Part shown: in pieces, positions 8,468 through 17,414 of the stretch
Numbering within the stretch: the first letter of the stretch is position 1
Layout: the number at the start of each line of letters is the position of its first letter
Sequence record: ON968452.1
Source: Pseudanabaena phage Pan1
Length of the DNA stretch: 40,000 nt
Direction: 5' to 3' (one strand)
Notes under the pieces: model-generated
Told to the model about the DNA's origin: nothing
Seen by the model: only the letters and a program-made list of their open reading frames with translations
Database searches by the model: none
Made by a program: the position numbers and the translations under genes

Positions 8468-9974
8468 ACCTACCCTGATCCTGGGCGGTCCTGGTTGCGG
8501 CAAGACCACCGCGCTGCTCAACATCGTCGAGCAGGCGTTCTCCCGTGGTGTCGAACCTGACCGGATCGCCTTCGTCGCCTTCACTCGGAAGGCGGCGCAG
8601 GAGGCGAGGGAGCGCATGGTAGAGAAGTTCGGGATCGAGGCCGACATGATCCCATACTTCCGCACCCTGCACTCCTTCGCCTTCTCGCAACTCGACATCG
8701 AGCGGTCCCAGATCCTGGATGACCTGAAGATGCGCGACTATGCGAAGGCTGAGGGTCTCGACCTGTCCGAGGAGTTCATCGACGAGTTCGGTCAGGTCGT
8801 CGCGCAACCGCACACCGAGGACGAGAAGGCGCTGAACGCCATCTCGCTTGCGCGGCTGACGCAGCGGCCCCTCGAGGATGTCGTGATCGAGCACGGCCTC
8901 GACTTCGACTTCGTGAAGCGCATCCGCGACGACTACGAGGAGTTCAAAGCCGACGCGATGCTGGTCGACTTCACCGACATGATCGAACGGTTCGAGACGG
9001 AAGGCAACGTCCCGGTGTTCGACTTGCTCATCGTTGACGAGGCGCAGGACTTGTCTCGCCTGCAGTGGCGCATGGTCGACCGCCTGATGGAGAACGCGAA
9101 AGACGTCTACTTCGCAGGCGACGATGACCAGGCGATCTATGCGTGGGCGGGTGCAGACCTTGACCGGTTCCTGACGATGGATGCCGACCGCGAGGTGCTG
9201 CCTGTGTCATATCGCCTCAAGAGCGAGGTGTTCCACGCGTGCCAGAAAGTGATCCACCTCTGCGACGCGCGCTATCCGAAGGACTGGAAGCCTCACGCGG
9301 ACGGCGGCGAGATCGACTTCGTGTCGAACCTCGAGGACCTCGACCTGTCGCAAGGGACCTGGTATCTGCTCGCGCGGACGAACTCACTCGTGCGTCGGTA
9401 CACGAAGTACCTGCAGGAGTCTGGCTACGCCTACTGGTCGCCGACCAAGCACGGTATGCAGTCGTCAGTTTCCGTTGATCCGGTTCAGGCGGTGCTGATC
9501 TACGAGAACCTGCGCATGGGAAAGTCGTTCTCGGGCGACCGCCTCAAACTGGTGTGGTCACACATCCGCCCGCAGCTCCGCCCTGCGAGCGCGCCGCTCT
9601 TCGAGACAGCAGGCGAGTACACCCTTGCCGACCTGTGTTCCACCGGATTCGACGCGTCCCCCAGCTGGCTCGACGCTCTCTCGATCTCAGGCGGTATGCA
9701 AGCCTACATCCGCGCGATGCGTGCGCGAGGCGAGAGCCTGACGAAGCCGCCGCGCATCACGGCCGCGACGATCCACGCGGTCAAAGGTGGTGAGGCGGAC
9801 AACGTCGTGGTCGACCAGAAGCTGACATCGCGGACGCACTCCTCATGGATCGCTTGCGACCCGCAAGAGGTTCGCGCACTGTTCACCGCGATGTCACGCG
9901 CAAAGCAACGGCTGATCTTTCTCGAGACCTCGTCTCGGGTCAACTACGGAGTGGAAAGGATTCTGACATGCTGA
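8454..9974 (+). CDS. UvrD/Rep-like SF1 helicase
   Basis: ILGGPGCGKTTALLNIV, VAFTRKAAQEARERM, LLIVDEAQDLSRLQW, AGDDDQAIYAWAGAD, ATIHAVKGGEADNVVV. Confidence 0.9.
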   Translation: MGRLKPTLILGGPGCGKTTALLNIVEQAFSRGVEPDRIAFVAFTRKAAQEARERMVEKFGIEADMIPYFRTLHSFAFSQLDIERSQILDDLKMRDYAKAEGLDLSEEFIDEFGQVVAQPHTEDEKALNAISLARLTQRPLEDVVIEHGLDFDFVKRIRDDYEEFKADAMLVDFTDMIERFETEGNVPVFDLLIVDEAQDLSRLQWRMVDRLMENAKDVYFAGDDDQAIYAWAGADLDRFLTMDADREVLPVSYRLKSEVFHACQKVIHLCDARYPKDWKPHADGGEIDFVSNLEDLDLSQGTWYLLARTNSLVRRYTKYLQESGYAYWSPTKHGMQSSVSVDPVQAVLIYENLRMGKSFSGDRLKLVWSHIRPQLRPASAPLFETAGEYTLADLCSTGFDASPSWLDALSISGGMQAYIRAMRARGESLTKPPRITAATIHAVKGGEADNVVVDQKLTSRTHSSWIACDPQEVRALFTAMSRAKQRLIFLETSSRVNYGVERILTC

Positions 9975-10543
9975 CGGTCCTCCTCGACTGTGACGACGTG
10001 CTGCTCGACTGGGTGTCGGGCTTCCGCAAGTTCGCATCGCGTGCCCTCGCGCGTGAGATCGAAGGCGAACCCTCATCCTGGAACATGACGGAGTGGGTCG
10101 GCGGGAGCGAAAACTTGGTCGCCTCGCTGATTGCCGAGTTCAACGGGTCGGACGCGTTCGGTGAGCTCGAGCCGGTCGAAGGCGCGCAGTTCGTGATCCA
10201 GCAGATGCATGAGGACCCGGACGTGCGCCTGCATGTGATCACCTCCTGCTCGACCGATCCCACCACCGTCGCGCGGCGGCGCGCGAACCTCGAGCGGCAC
10301 TTCGGTTCGGACACGTTCGACTCCGTTCACTGCCTCGACCTCGGCGAGTCGAAGAAGAAGCTCCTGCAGGCGTGGCGCCCGGGCGCTCTCTGGATCGAGG
10401 ACAACTACAAGAACGCGCTCCTGGGCCTCGACGTTGGTCACCACGTCGCCGTCAGGGCCCGTCCGCATAACCAGGTCCACCGCGCGAACAGTGACCCGCG
10501 CTTGCACTGGTTCGATCACTGGTCACAGTTAGGAGAGATCTGA
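9968..10543 (+). CDS. HAD-superfamily 5'(3')-deoxyribonucleotidase-like protein
   Basis: MLTVLLDCDDVLLDWVSGF (DxDDxL HAD motif I), SCSTDPT, WRPGALWIEDNYKN. Confidence 0.65.
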   Translation: MLTVLLDCDDVLLDWVSGFRKFASRALAREIEGEPSSWNMTEWVGGSENLVASLIAEFNGSDAFGELEPVEGAQFVIQQMHEDPDVRLHVITSCSTDPTTVARRRANLERHFGSDTFDSVHCLDLGESKKKLLQAWRPGALWIEDNYKNALLGLDVGHHVAVRARPHNQVHRANSDPRLHWFDHWSQLGEI

Positions 10544-10544
10544 C

Positions 10545-10991
10545 ATGGCTTACCGTTCAACCAAGACCTACGGGCACGAGATCGGCCTGTCCGCCGCGTT
10601 CAGGCAGTGGCGGGCGGAGTCACACTGTCGCCTGTTGCACGGCTACGCCCTCGCCGTGCGCCTCGAGTTCGAGGCTGATGAACTCGACGTCCGCAACTGG
10701 GTCGTCGACTTCGGGTCGCTCAAGTCCCTGAAAGGGATGCTCGAGGACACCTTCGACCACAAGACGGTGGTCGCGGCAGACGACCCCGAGATCCTCACGT
10801 TCCAGGACCTGCACGCTCGCGGCCTGATCGAGATGCGGGTTCTGCCCGCGGTCGGGTGCGAGAAGTTCGCGGAATACATCTTCGGGGCGACCGAGGTGTG
10901 GCTCGCGGACAATGGCTACTCGCCGCGCGTGCGCCTTGTGTCGGTCGAGGTGAAGGAGCACGGGGCCAACTCGGCCATCTTCACCGGGTGA
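10545..10991 (+). CDS. queD: 6-carboxytetrahydropterin synthase-like protein (QueD family, altered zinc site)
   Basis: GLSAAFRQWRAESHCRLLHGYALAVRLEF...WVVDFGSLKSLKGMLEDTFDHKTV aligns with QueD; sits beside queC/folE/queF. Confidence 0.85.
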   Translation: MAYRSTKTYGHEIGLSAAFRQWRAESHCRLLHGYALAVRLEFEADELDVRNWVVDFGSLKSLKGMLEDTFDHKTVVAADDPEILTFQDLHARGLIEMRVLPAVGCEKFAEYIFGATEVWLADNGYSPRVRLVSVEVKEHGANSAIFTG

Positions 10992-11020
10992 AAAAACTTC
11001 GGTGTGGGTGCAATTTCCTG

Positions 11021-11057
11021 TTGCACCCCACCTCGTCCTCGTCTATAACTCGCTTAT
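11021..11057 (+). promoter_or_regulatory. Sigma70-like promoter overlapping operator-like dyad (site B)
   Basis: TTGCAC (11021-11026), 17 bp, TATAAC (11044-11049); exact ATAACTCGCTTAT at 11045-11057; RBS and ATG follow at 11076. Confidence 0.6.
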
Positions 11058-11075
11058 AGCAACGGAGGACCTGAC

Positions 11076-11309
11076 ATGCCCACCTTTACCGCTCGCCGTA
11101 ACTACAAGGGCAACTTGACCCTCAACGTGGATGGCGTTCGCTTCGGCACGATCTTCCTGAAAGGTGACGGCAGCATCAGCGGCGCAGCCTTCACGGACGA
11201 CGAAGTACTCACCTCCTTCCGCGGTCTGCGCGGTATGCCTGTTGACACGGTCGAGCAAATGCTCGCCCGCGTGCGTCGCGCCTACGAACTTGGTACGGCA
11301 GCGAACTGA
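11076..11309 (+). CDS. Hypothetical small protein
   Basis: ATG after CAACGGAGGAC RBS. Confidence 0.6.
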   Translation: MPTFTARRNYKGNLTLNVDGVRFGTIFLKGDGSISGAAFTDDEVLTSFRGLRGMPVDTVEQMLARVRRAYELGTAAN

Positions 11310-11349
11310 ACCGACCCTGAACCTGAAACCCTCATCAACGGAGACTACC

Positions 11350-11943
11350 ATGAAACTGATCGGCACCGAACTTCGCACCTTCTCGGACAAGAAGGGCGCC
11401 ATGAAAGCCGCGAAGCGTGACGCCGCGGGCCTGCCCGAAGCCGTCGTCCTGGGCGCACTCGATGCGATCCAGACGGGCGACCGGTGGTCCGTCGTCGTCG
11501 AACTCGAGCACGCGCCGAGCGACATCCTCGACCTCGAAGCCATCGACGGCTTCCAGGTCAAGTTCCTGCGCGAAGACCCGAAGGTCACCACGCGCCTTGC
11601 CAAGCCTGCGCCGAAGGTGCGCAAGTCGGGCGCCATCAACGTCGATCCGACCTCGCCCTTGATCCAGTGCCGCGTCGGGTCGAAGCAGCAGATGCTCATC
11701 GACGCACTCGCCAAGGGCTGCACCATGGACGAGCTGCGCGAGATCTGCGTCCGCAAGGACGGGACGACCTGGGACGACAACTCGATCCGCTCGGGCCTCT
11801 ACTACGATGTGAAGCAGAAGGGCTACGGTGTGCGCACGTCGTGGAATGGCGATGTCGCGACCTACCATCTCGTCCTGCCTAAGGGCTACGAGGCGCCCCT
11901 TCCCCCGAAGGCTCCGTCCTCGACGAAGCCGGCCAAGTCCTGA
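11350..11943 (+). CDS. Hypothetical protein
   Basis: ATG after GGAGACTACC; bounded downstream by a hairpin. Confidence 0.6.
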   Translation: MKLIGTELRTFSDKKGAMKAAKRDAAGLPEAVVLGALDAIQTGDRWSVVVELEHAPSDILDLEAIDGFQVKFLREDPKVTTRLAKPAPKVRKSGAINVDPTSPLIQCRVGSKQQMLIDALAKGCTMDELREICVRKDGTTWDDNSIRSGLYYDVKQKGYGVRTSWNGDVATYHLVLPKGYEAPLPPKAPSSTKPAKS

Positions 11944-11984
11944 AACTGTGCTTGCGCCGACGACCACGCACTGCTAACGTGATC

Positions 11985-12010
11985 GAAGGCGGCACACCAG
12001 TGTCGCCTTC
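11985..12010 (+). terminator. Rho-independent-like hairpin upstream of queC
   Basis: GAAGGCGGCAC-ACCA-GTGTCGCCTTC, 11-bp stem with one G-T wobble and a 4-nt loop; only a weak T-run follows. Confidence 0.55.
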
Positions 12011-12025
12011 ATTCATAACCCCGCG

Positions 12026-12035
12026 CGTTTAAACA
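12026..12035. promoter_or_regulatory. CGTTTAAACA palindrome site 3
   Basis: Intergenic, between a hairpin and queC. Confidence 0.6.
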
Positions 12036-12075
12036 CGCGTCCCTGTGGTGGATACCAGGAAAGGAAAACCACTCC

Positions 12076-12909
12076 ATGACATCGAAAGCCCTCGTGGTCC
12101 TGTCAGGCGGACAGGATTCGACCACTTGCCTCTACTGGGCCCTGAACCAGGGTTACGACGAGGTCCACGCCATCACCTTCAACTATGGTCAGCGGCACGC
12201 TCGCGAACTGGACGCGGCGGCGCTCATCGCGCAGAACGCTCGCGTCACGTCCCACGAGATCGTCAACCTGGGCCCGATCCTGAAAGGGACGAGCCCCCTG
12301 GTGTCCGACGAGGTCCTCGAGCAGTACGAAGACGGGAACCTGCCGGGCGGTCTTGAGAAGACCTTCGTGCCGATGCGCAACCAGCTCTTCCTGACCATCG
12401 CGGCAAACCGCGCCTACGTCCTGGGCTGTCGCAACCTGATCACCGGCGTCTGCCAGGAAGACTTCGGTGGGTATCCTGACTGCCGGCGCGTCTTCATCGA
12501 CGCACTCGAGGACGCGTGCAACCACGGGACCTTCACGGGTCAGGATGGTGCGCTCGGGTCGCTCAACATCCACACCCCGCTGATGTTCCTGACCAAGGCC
12601 GAGAGTGTGCATCTCGCCCGCGGTCTGCCGGGTTGCTATCAGGCCCTTGCGTGGTCCCACACGGCTTACGACGGCCAGTATCCGCCCACCGGCTTCGATC
12701 ATGCGACGGTGCTTCGTGCGCAGGGGTTCGAGAAGGCGGGCGTCGCTGACCCCTTGATCCTTCGCGCGGCCCATGAAGGCCTGATGGAGCTGCCCGAGAC
12801 GTCGAACTACGATGTCGCCCGCAAGCTCTGCGAAAAGGGCCCGAAGGGCAAGGCGAAGTACTGGACGGTGACCGAGTTCATCGACCAGGTGGACGAGGCG
12901 CAGGGCTGA
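12076..12909 (+). CDS. queC: 7-cyano-7-deazaguanine synthase
   Basis: ALVVLSGGQDSTTCLYWAL PP-loop, FNYGQRHARELDAA. Confidence 0.93.
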   Translation: MTSKALVVLSGGQDSTTCLYWALNQGYDEVHAITFNYGQRHARELDAAALIAQNARVTSHEIVNLGPILKGTSPLVSDEVLEQYEDGNLPGGLEKTFVPMRNQLFLTIAANRAYVLGCRNLITGVCQEDFGGYPDCRRVFIDALEDACNHGTFTGQDGALGSLNIHTPLMFLTKAESVHLARGLPGCYQALAWSHTAYDGQYPPTGFDHATVLRAQGFEKAGVADPLILRAAHEGLMELPETSNYDVARKLCEKGPKGKAKYWTVTEFIDQVDEAQG

Positions 12910-13487
12910 TGGTCAAGTCTCTCGACATCACGCAGGACATCCTCAAGGAAGTCCTGTTCCAGATCGGTGACGACCCGGAGCGTGAGGGGCTGTCTGAGAC
13001 GCCCCTTCGCGTTGCGAAGGCCTACAAGCACTGGTTCTCTGGTTACGGCCGCGACCCGCGCGAAGTCCTCAAGGTGTTCGAGGACGGCGCGGAGGGTGTG
13101 GACGAGATGGTCATCGAAGTGGACATCCCGTTCTATACCCACTGCGAGCATCACATGGCGCCCTTCTTCGGGCTGGCCTCGGTCGCCTACGTCCCGAACG
13201 GGAAGGTCCTGGGCCTGTCGAAGATGAACCGCCTGGTCGATCTGTTCGCGCGTCGCCTTCAGGTGCAAGAGCGTCTGACGAACCAGATCGCTGATGCGCT
13301 GCAGGAGATCCTGGAGCCCAAGGGCGTGGGCGTTCTGCTCCGTGCCCGGCACATGTGCGTCGAGTCGCGTGGTGTTCAGCACCGCGGCTGCTCGACGACG
13401 ACGAGCGCCCTTCGCGGGTGCATCAAGGACGAGCCGTCAGCACGGGCCGAGTTCCTGATGCTGGCGAAAACCGACACCCCCATCTGA
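12909..13487 (+). CDS. folE: GTP cyclohydrolase I
   Basis: THCEHHMAPFFG, GLSKMNRLVDLFARRLQVQERLTNQIADAL, RHMCVESRGV. Confidence 0.95.
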   Translation: MVKSLDITQDILKEVLFQIGDDPEREGLSETPLRVAKAYKHWFSGYGRDPREVLKVFEDGAEGVDEMVIEVDIPFYTHCEHHMAPFFGLASVAYVPNGKVLGLSKMNRLVDLFARRLQVQERLTNQIADALQEILEPKGVGVLLRARHMCVESRGVQHRGCSTTTSALRGCIKDEPSARAEFLMLAKTDTPI

Positions 13488-13496
13488 GAGGAAAAC

Positions 13497-13970
13497 ATGG
13501 GAAAGCAGCTTTCTGATCCGTCGGTCCTGAAGGGCCTTGGTTCCGGCACGTCGAACTTCGAGGACATCAAGGAGGCCGCTGACGCGCGCCTGCTCGAGAA
13601 GTTCCCGAACCCGATGAAAGCCGTTCCGGGTCACGCGGTCATCCAGCTTGGCGGTTACGACGACCCGAAGGAGTTCACTTCGCTGTGCCCGAAGACGGGA
13701 CAGCCCGACTTCGCGCGGATCGTTGTCGAGTACACCCCGCGCGACTGGTGCGTCGAGTCGAAGTCCTGGAAGCTCTACCTCGGGTCGTATCGCACGGCGC
13801 AGGAGTTCCACGAGGCCTGCGTCGCTCGCATCCTGGGCGACCTCGTCGAACTGCTCGATCCCGAATGGATCCGCGTGACCGGCGAGTTCACCCCGCGCGG
13901 TGGTATCTCGATCAACCCGTCCATGGAATACCAGCGCGGCGACGACTCGCATATGCCTGAGCCGATGTGA
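13497..13970 (+). CDS. queF: NADPH-dependent preQ0 reductase (7-cyano-7-deazaguanine reductase)
   Basis: [40 protein letters not shown]: QueF catalytic Cys region and ESKS(L/W)KLYL motif. Confidence 0.93.
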   Translation: MGKQLSDPSVLKGLGSGTSNFEDIKEAADARLLEKFPNPMKAVPGHAVIQLGGYDDPKEFTSLCPKTGQPDFARIVVEYTPRDWCVESKSWKLYLGSYRTAQEFHEACVARILGDLVELLDPEWIRVTGEFTPRGGISINPSMEYQRGDDSHMPEPM

Positions 13971-13977
13971 TCTAGGT

Positions 13978-14009
13978 GGTGCCCGCTTTCTCAGTTGAAG
14001 GCGGGCACC
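13978..14009 (+). terminator. Hairpin downstream of queF
   Basis: GGTGCCCGC ... GCGGGCACC perfect 9-bp arms; no T-tract. Confidence 0.45.
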
Positions 14010-14023
14010 ATCGCCCTTAGAAT
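13995..14023 (+). promoter_or_regulatory. Sigma70-like promoter for the 14054 to dpdA segment
   Basis: TTGAAG (13995-14000), 17 bp, TAGAAT (14018-14023). Confidence 0.5.
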
Positions 14024-14053
14024 CAACGGACCCGACAACCAACGGAGACTGAC

Positions 14054-14248
14054 ATGCCCAAGCCTGTCCTGACCGAGGCCCAGACCTCTGTCCTCCAGCA
14101 GCTTCGCCAAGACCACCAGACGCCTTCGTTCTGCGTGGACATCGTCGAAGCAGCCTTCCGCGTTCGCAATGCGCAAGCGCCTGGGAGCCTCTACAACCTC
14201 AACGACGCGGTCAGTGAACTCGCCTCGATCATCGACCGGGTGGCGTGA
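14054..14248 (+). CDS. Hypothetical small protein
   Basis: ATG after CAACGGAGACTGAC RBS; stop overlaps the start of the next gene. Confidence 0.6.
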   Translation: MPKPVLTEAQTSVLQQLRQDHQTPSFCVDIVEAAFRVRNAQAPGSLYNLNDAVSELASIIDRVA

Positions 14249-14898
14249 TGGCTGAACGAGACACCCTGGACAAAGTGATCGGCACCTACTTCGCGATGGT
14301 GTGCGCGGAACCTTTCACGTTCCGCGGCAAGACCTACACGCCCAAGGCACTGCGCGTCAGCCCCCTGATCTTCCGCGGGTTCAAGTGTCCCGCAGGATGC
14401 GCAGGCTGCTGCCCCAAGTTCAGCCTTGACTATCTCCCGACCGAACGTCGCCCGGCGTTCGACCTGGGACACATCGAGCGGGAAGTCGAGTTCAACGGCT
14501 ACAAGGTCCGGGTCATCTCGGACATGCAGAACGACCACGACAACCACCACTGCCGCAACGTCAACATGGACGACGGGCGGTGTGGAATCCACGGCCTTCA
14601 GCCGTTCTCGTGCGACTTCGAGGTGATCCGGTTCATCGAGATGAGCGATCCCGGCAAGCCGCACAACCTGACGGCCAAGCTCTTCGGGCGTGGCTGGGCT
14701 ATGCTGCGCGTCGATGGTGAACGTGGGGCACTGTGCGAGATGACCGATGCTGACGAGGAGAGCGTGCGTGACACGTTGCGCAAGCTCAAGCGCCTTCGTG
14801 AGTGGTGCGAGCACTTCGGGTTGAAGCATCGCCTGGTTCCTATCATCGAGTGGGTGGCCTCGGGCCCCCATGACAAGCCCCTTCTGGTTGAGGCCTGA
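14248..14898 (+). CDS. YkgJ-like Cys-cluster (zinc/iron-chelating) protein; candidate DNA-modification accessory enzyme
   Basis: FKCPAGCAGCCPKF (CxxxCxxCC) and later GRCGIHGLQPFSCDFEVIRF; lies between queF and dpdA. Confidence 0.6.
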   Translation: MAERDTLDKVIGTYFAMVCAEPFTFRGKTYTPKALRVSPLIFRGFKCPAGCAGCCPKFSLDYLPTERRPAFDLGHIEREVEFNGYKVRVISDMQNDHDNHHCRNVNMDDGRCGIHGLQPFSCDFEVIRFIEMSDPGKPHNLTAKLFGRGWAMLRVDGERGALCEMTDADEESVRDTLRKLKRLREWCEHFGLKHRLVPIIEWVASGPHDKPLLVEA

Positions 14899-14901
14899 TC
14901 A

Positions 14902-16203
14902 ATGCACCTTTACATGTCCGGTACCCCGCGGAACGACCCCTATCAGACGGTCGAGAACCGCATGAACACTCACCGCCTGTTCTCGATGCACGGTGACTAC
15001 GAGAAAGCCGTGCTGCGGTGGGTGAAAGACATCCGCTCGGGCATCCTCGACGCAGACGCCTACCTGAAGGCATATCCTCAGCACATTGACCTCATCAAGA
15101 AGCGCGACGCGAACCGGCGACTTCAGCAGCGTGAGTTCGGCCGCACCATCGACTGGGACACGGCTGAGGTCCTCGAGGAAGTCTGCAAGCGCCTCGACGG
15201 TCGCCCCTACCCGCGGTTCATCCTGCTCGACTCCGGCGCGTTCACCGCGTGGAACAAAGGCGAGAAGACGACGGTCGACGACGTGAAGCGGAAGTACTCG
15301 AAGTTCATCGAACTGGCGGACGGCCTGTTCGACGAGATTTGGGGCATCAACCTCGACGTGATTCCGGGCGAACGCGGCCGCGACCCGACGCCGCAGGAAC
15401 TCGATGAAGCCGTCCGCGTGTCGGACATCAACTACGAGATCCTGACCAAGGAGTTCGGCAACATCATCCTCCCGGTGTTCCACCAGGGCGAGAGTCCTGA
15501 ACGCCTGGCAGAATGCGTCGCCCAGGTCGATGGGAAGCACGACTACATCTGCGTCTCGCCGCGCAACGACCTTGCCGAAGGCTTGCGCATCAACTGGTCG
15601 CGTGATGCGCACGGTATGCTCAAGGACAAGTGGCCCCACATCCGCACGCATGGCCTGGCGACGACGGGTAACCGCATGGTGCGCACCGTGCCGTGGTACT
15701 CGGGCGACTCCGCCGCGTGGGTGCAGCATGGTGGCTACGGCATGATCGACATCTTCCACGACGAGAAGCACGCGTTCGGTCGCAAGCCCCAGCCCCACTA
15801 TATGAACTACTTCGTCTCGCTCGAGAACGTCGTGTGGGATCTGTTCGCAGCCGTTCGCACGCGTGACGGGCGCAAGATCACGGGAGCAGAACTCGGCCTC
15901 GACGCATCGTCGAAGATGACCGAGATCGCCGAGGCCTTTCTGGCCGCGGGCGTCGATCCTGACAACATGCCCCTGGTCGGCGGTCACCTCAACGACGAGG
16001 GCAAGCATTACTCGACCTTGAGCGAGGAGCACCAGTCCTACGTTCGCGGACGCGTCGAGGCGCTGGGCTTTCCGTTCGAGGTGTGTCGCTGGGACTCGCG
16101 CGTTCGCAACCTGATCTGCATGGCCGAGTTCGTGACGTTCGCGGAGTGGGCGAAGACGTCCGAAAAGGAACCCGCCCAGCAGTATCTGTTCGGGGGTCTG
16201 TGA
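14902..16203 (+). CDS. dpdA: DpdA-like 7-deazaguanine DNA transglycosylase (TGT fold)
   Basis: FILLDSGAFTAWNKGE, IWGINLDVIPGE, PVFHQGE, YICVSPRNDL, HGLATTGNRMVRTVPWYSGDSAAWV; in a queDC-folE-queF neighbourhood. Confidence 0.85.
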   Translation: MHLYMSGTPRNDPYQTVENRMNTHRLFSMHGDYEKAVLRWVKDIRSGILDADAYLKAYPQHIDLIKKRDANRRLQQREFGRTIDWDTAEVLEEVCKRLDGRPYPRFILLDSGAFTAWNKGEKTTVDDVKRKYSKFIELADGLFDEIWGINLDVIPGERGRDPTPQELDEAVRVSDINYEILTKEFGNIILPVFHQGESPERLAECVAQVDGKHDYICVSPRNDLAEGLRINWSRDAHGMLKDKWPHIRTHGLATTGNRMVRTVPWYSGDSAAWVQHGGYGMIDIFHDEKHAFGRKPQPHYMNYFVSLENVVWDLFAAVRTRDGRKITGAELGLDASSKMTEIAEAFLAAGVDPDNMPLVGGHLNDEGKHYSTLSEEHQSYVRGRVEALGFPFEVCRWDSRVRNLICMAEFVTFAEWAKTSEKEPAQQYLFGGL

Positions 16204-17414
16204 TGGACTGGTCGCCTGATCAGGAGCGCGCACTGCGTGCCATCGACGACTGGTTGAAGCGCGGGGACAGCCCGCGGTTCAGCCTCGGTGGGTATGCGGG
16301 CACGGGTAAGACGACGCTCGCGCGTCACATCGCAGAGAACCACGGCGGAGACGTGAAGTTCGCCGCCTTCACGGGCAAGGCCGCGTCCGTTCTGCGTGCG
16401 AAGGGCTGCCCGGGTGCGACGACGATCCACAAACTGATCTACCAACCCAAGGGCAACGTCGGTGAGGAAACCATCAACGAACTGCAGGGACTGATCCAGA
16501 CCGAGGCGCTCAAGACGAAACCCGACGAGGACAAGCTGCGCACCTGGCGCAAGGATCTCGAGAAGGCAACCGCCGAGTCGTCCGCCATCTTCGAGCGCAA
16601 GACCGAGGCCGAGATCAACGAAGCAGACCTCGTGATCATCGACGAGTCGTCCATGGTCGACCGCCGCATGGGGCAGGATCTCGAGTCCTATGGCATCCCT
16701 GTCCTCTACCTGGGCGATCCCGGCCAGCTGCCGCCTGTCAAGGGCAAGGCGCACCTGGGTCCGAACGACTACGACTTCGTCCTCGAGGAGATTCACCGGC
16801 AGGCTGCGGACAGCCCGATCATCTGGCTTGCCAACGAGATCAGGCATGGTCGGTCGTTCAAGTTCGGCGACTTCGGTGATGGTCAGGTCCGCGTGCGTCG
16901 CAAGGCGGACTGGGACATGGAGCTCGTGATGAGCGCCGACCAGGTGATCACCGGCATGAACCAGTCCCGGTATCGCATCACCAAGCGGATGCGCGACTTC
17001 ATCGGGTTCCAGCAGATCTACCCGCTCGCAGGGGACAAACTGATCTGCGTCAAGAACGACCACGAGGTCGGCGTCCTGAACGGGGTGACCTGCCGCGCGA
17101 TCAACGAAGGCCGCAAGAAGGGTAACATCATCTACCTGGATGTGCACTACGACGGTCGCGACCTGATGGGGAAGATCTGCGACCCGGGGTTCTTCCAGGA
17201 GAACTATGGCGAGCGGACCCACTTCCCGAAGGGTGACGGCATCCAGGCGTTCGACTACGGCTACTGCATCACCGGGCACAAGTCCCAGGGGTCGCAGTGG
17301 CGGCATGTCGTCGTCGCGGACGACCAGATGCGCGTCCAGGATCGCTACCAGCGTCAGCGCTGGCTCTACACCGTCGTAACTCGAGCAGAAGAGGAGCTCA
17401 CCTACTATGTCTAA
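16203..17414 (+). CDS. RecD/Dda-like SF1 helicase
   Basis: SLGGYAGTGKTTLARHIA, AFTGKAASVLRAKG, LVIIDESSMVDRRMG, YLGDPGQLPPV, YCITGHKSQGSQW, YTVVTRAEE. Confidence 0.88.
   Translation: MDWSPDQERALRAIDDWLKRGDSPRFSLGGYAGTGKTTLARHIAENHGGDVKFAAFTGKAASVLRAKGCPGATTIHKLIYQPKGNVGEETINELQGLIQTEALKTKPDEDKLRTWRKDLEKATAESSAIFERKTEAEINEADLVIIDESSMVDRRMGQDLESYGIPVLYLGDPGQLPPVKGKAHLGPNDYDFVLEEIHRQAADSPIIWLANEIRHGRSFKFGDFGDGQVRVRRKADWDMELVMSADQVITGMNQSRYRITKRMRDFIGFQQIYPLAGDKLICVKNDHEVGVLNGVTCRAINEGRKKGNIIYLDVHYDGRDLMGKICDPGFFQENYGERTHFPKGDGIQAFDYGYCITGHKSQGSQWRHVVVADDQMRVQDRYQRQRWLYTVVTRAEEELTYYV

Noticed and set aside
11944-14053. preQ1 riboswitch upstream of queC or the dpdA segment
   Set aside because: No preQ1-I-like tail such as AAACTAA or matching small stem-loop seen; the hairpins look like ordinary terminators or dyads.
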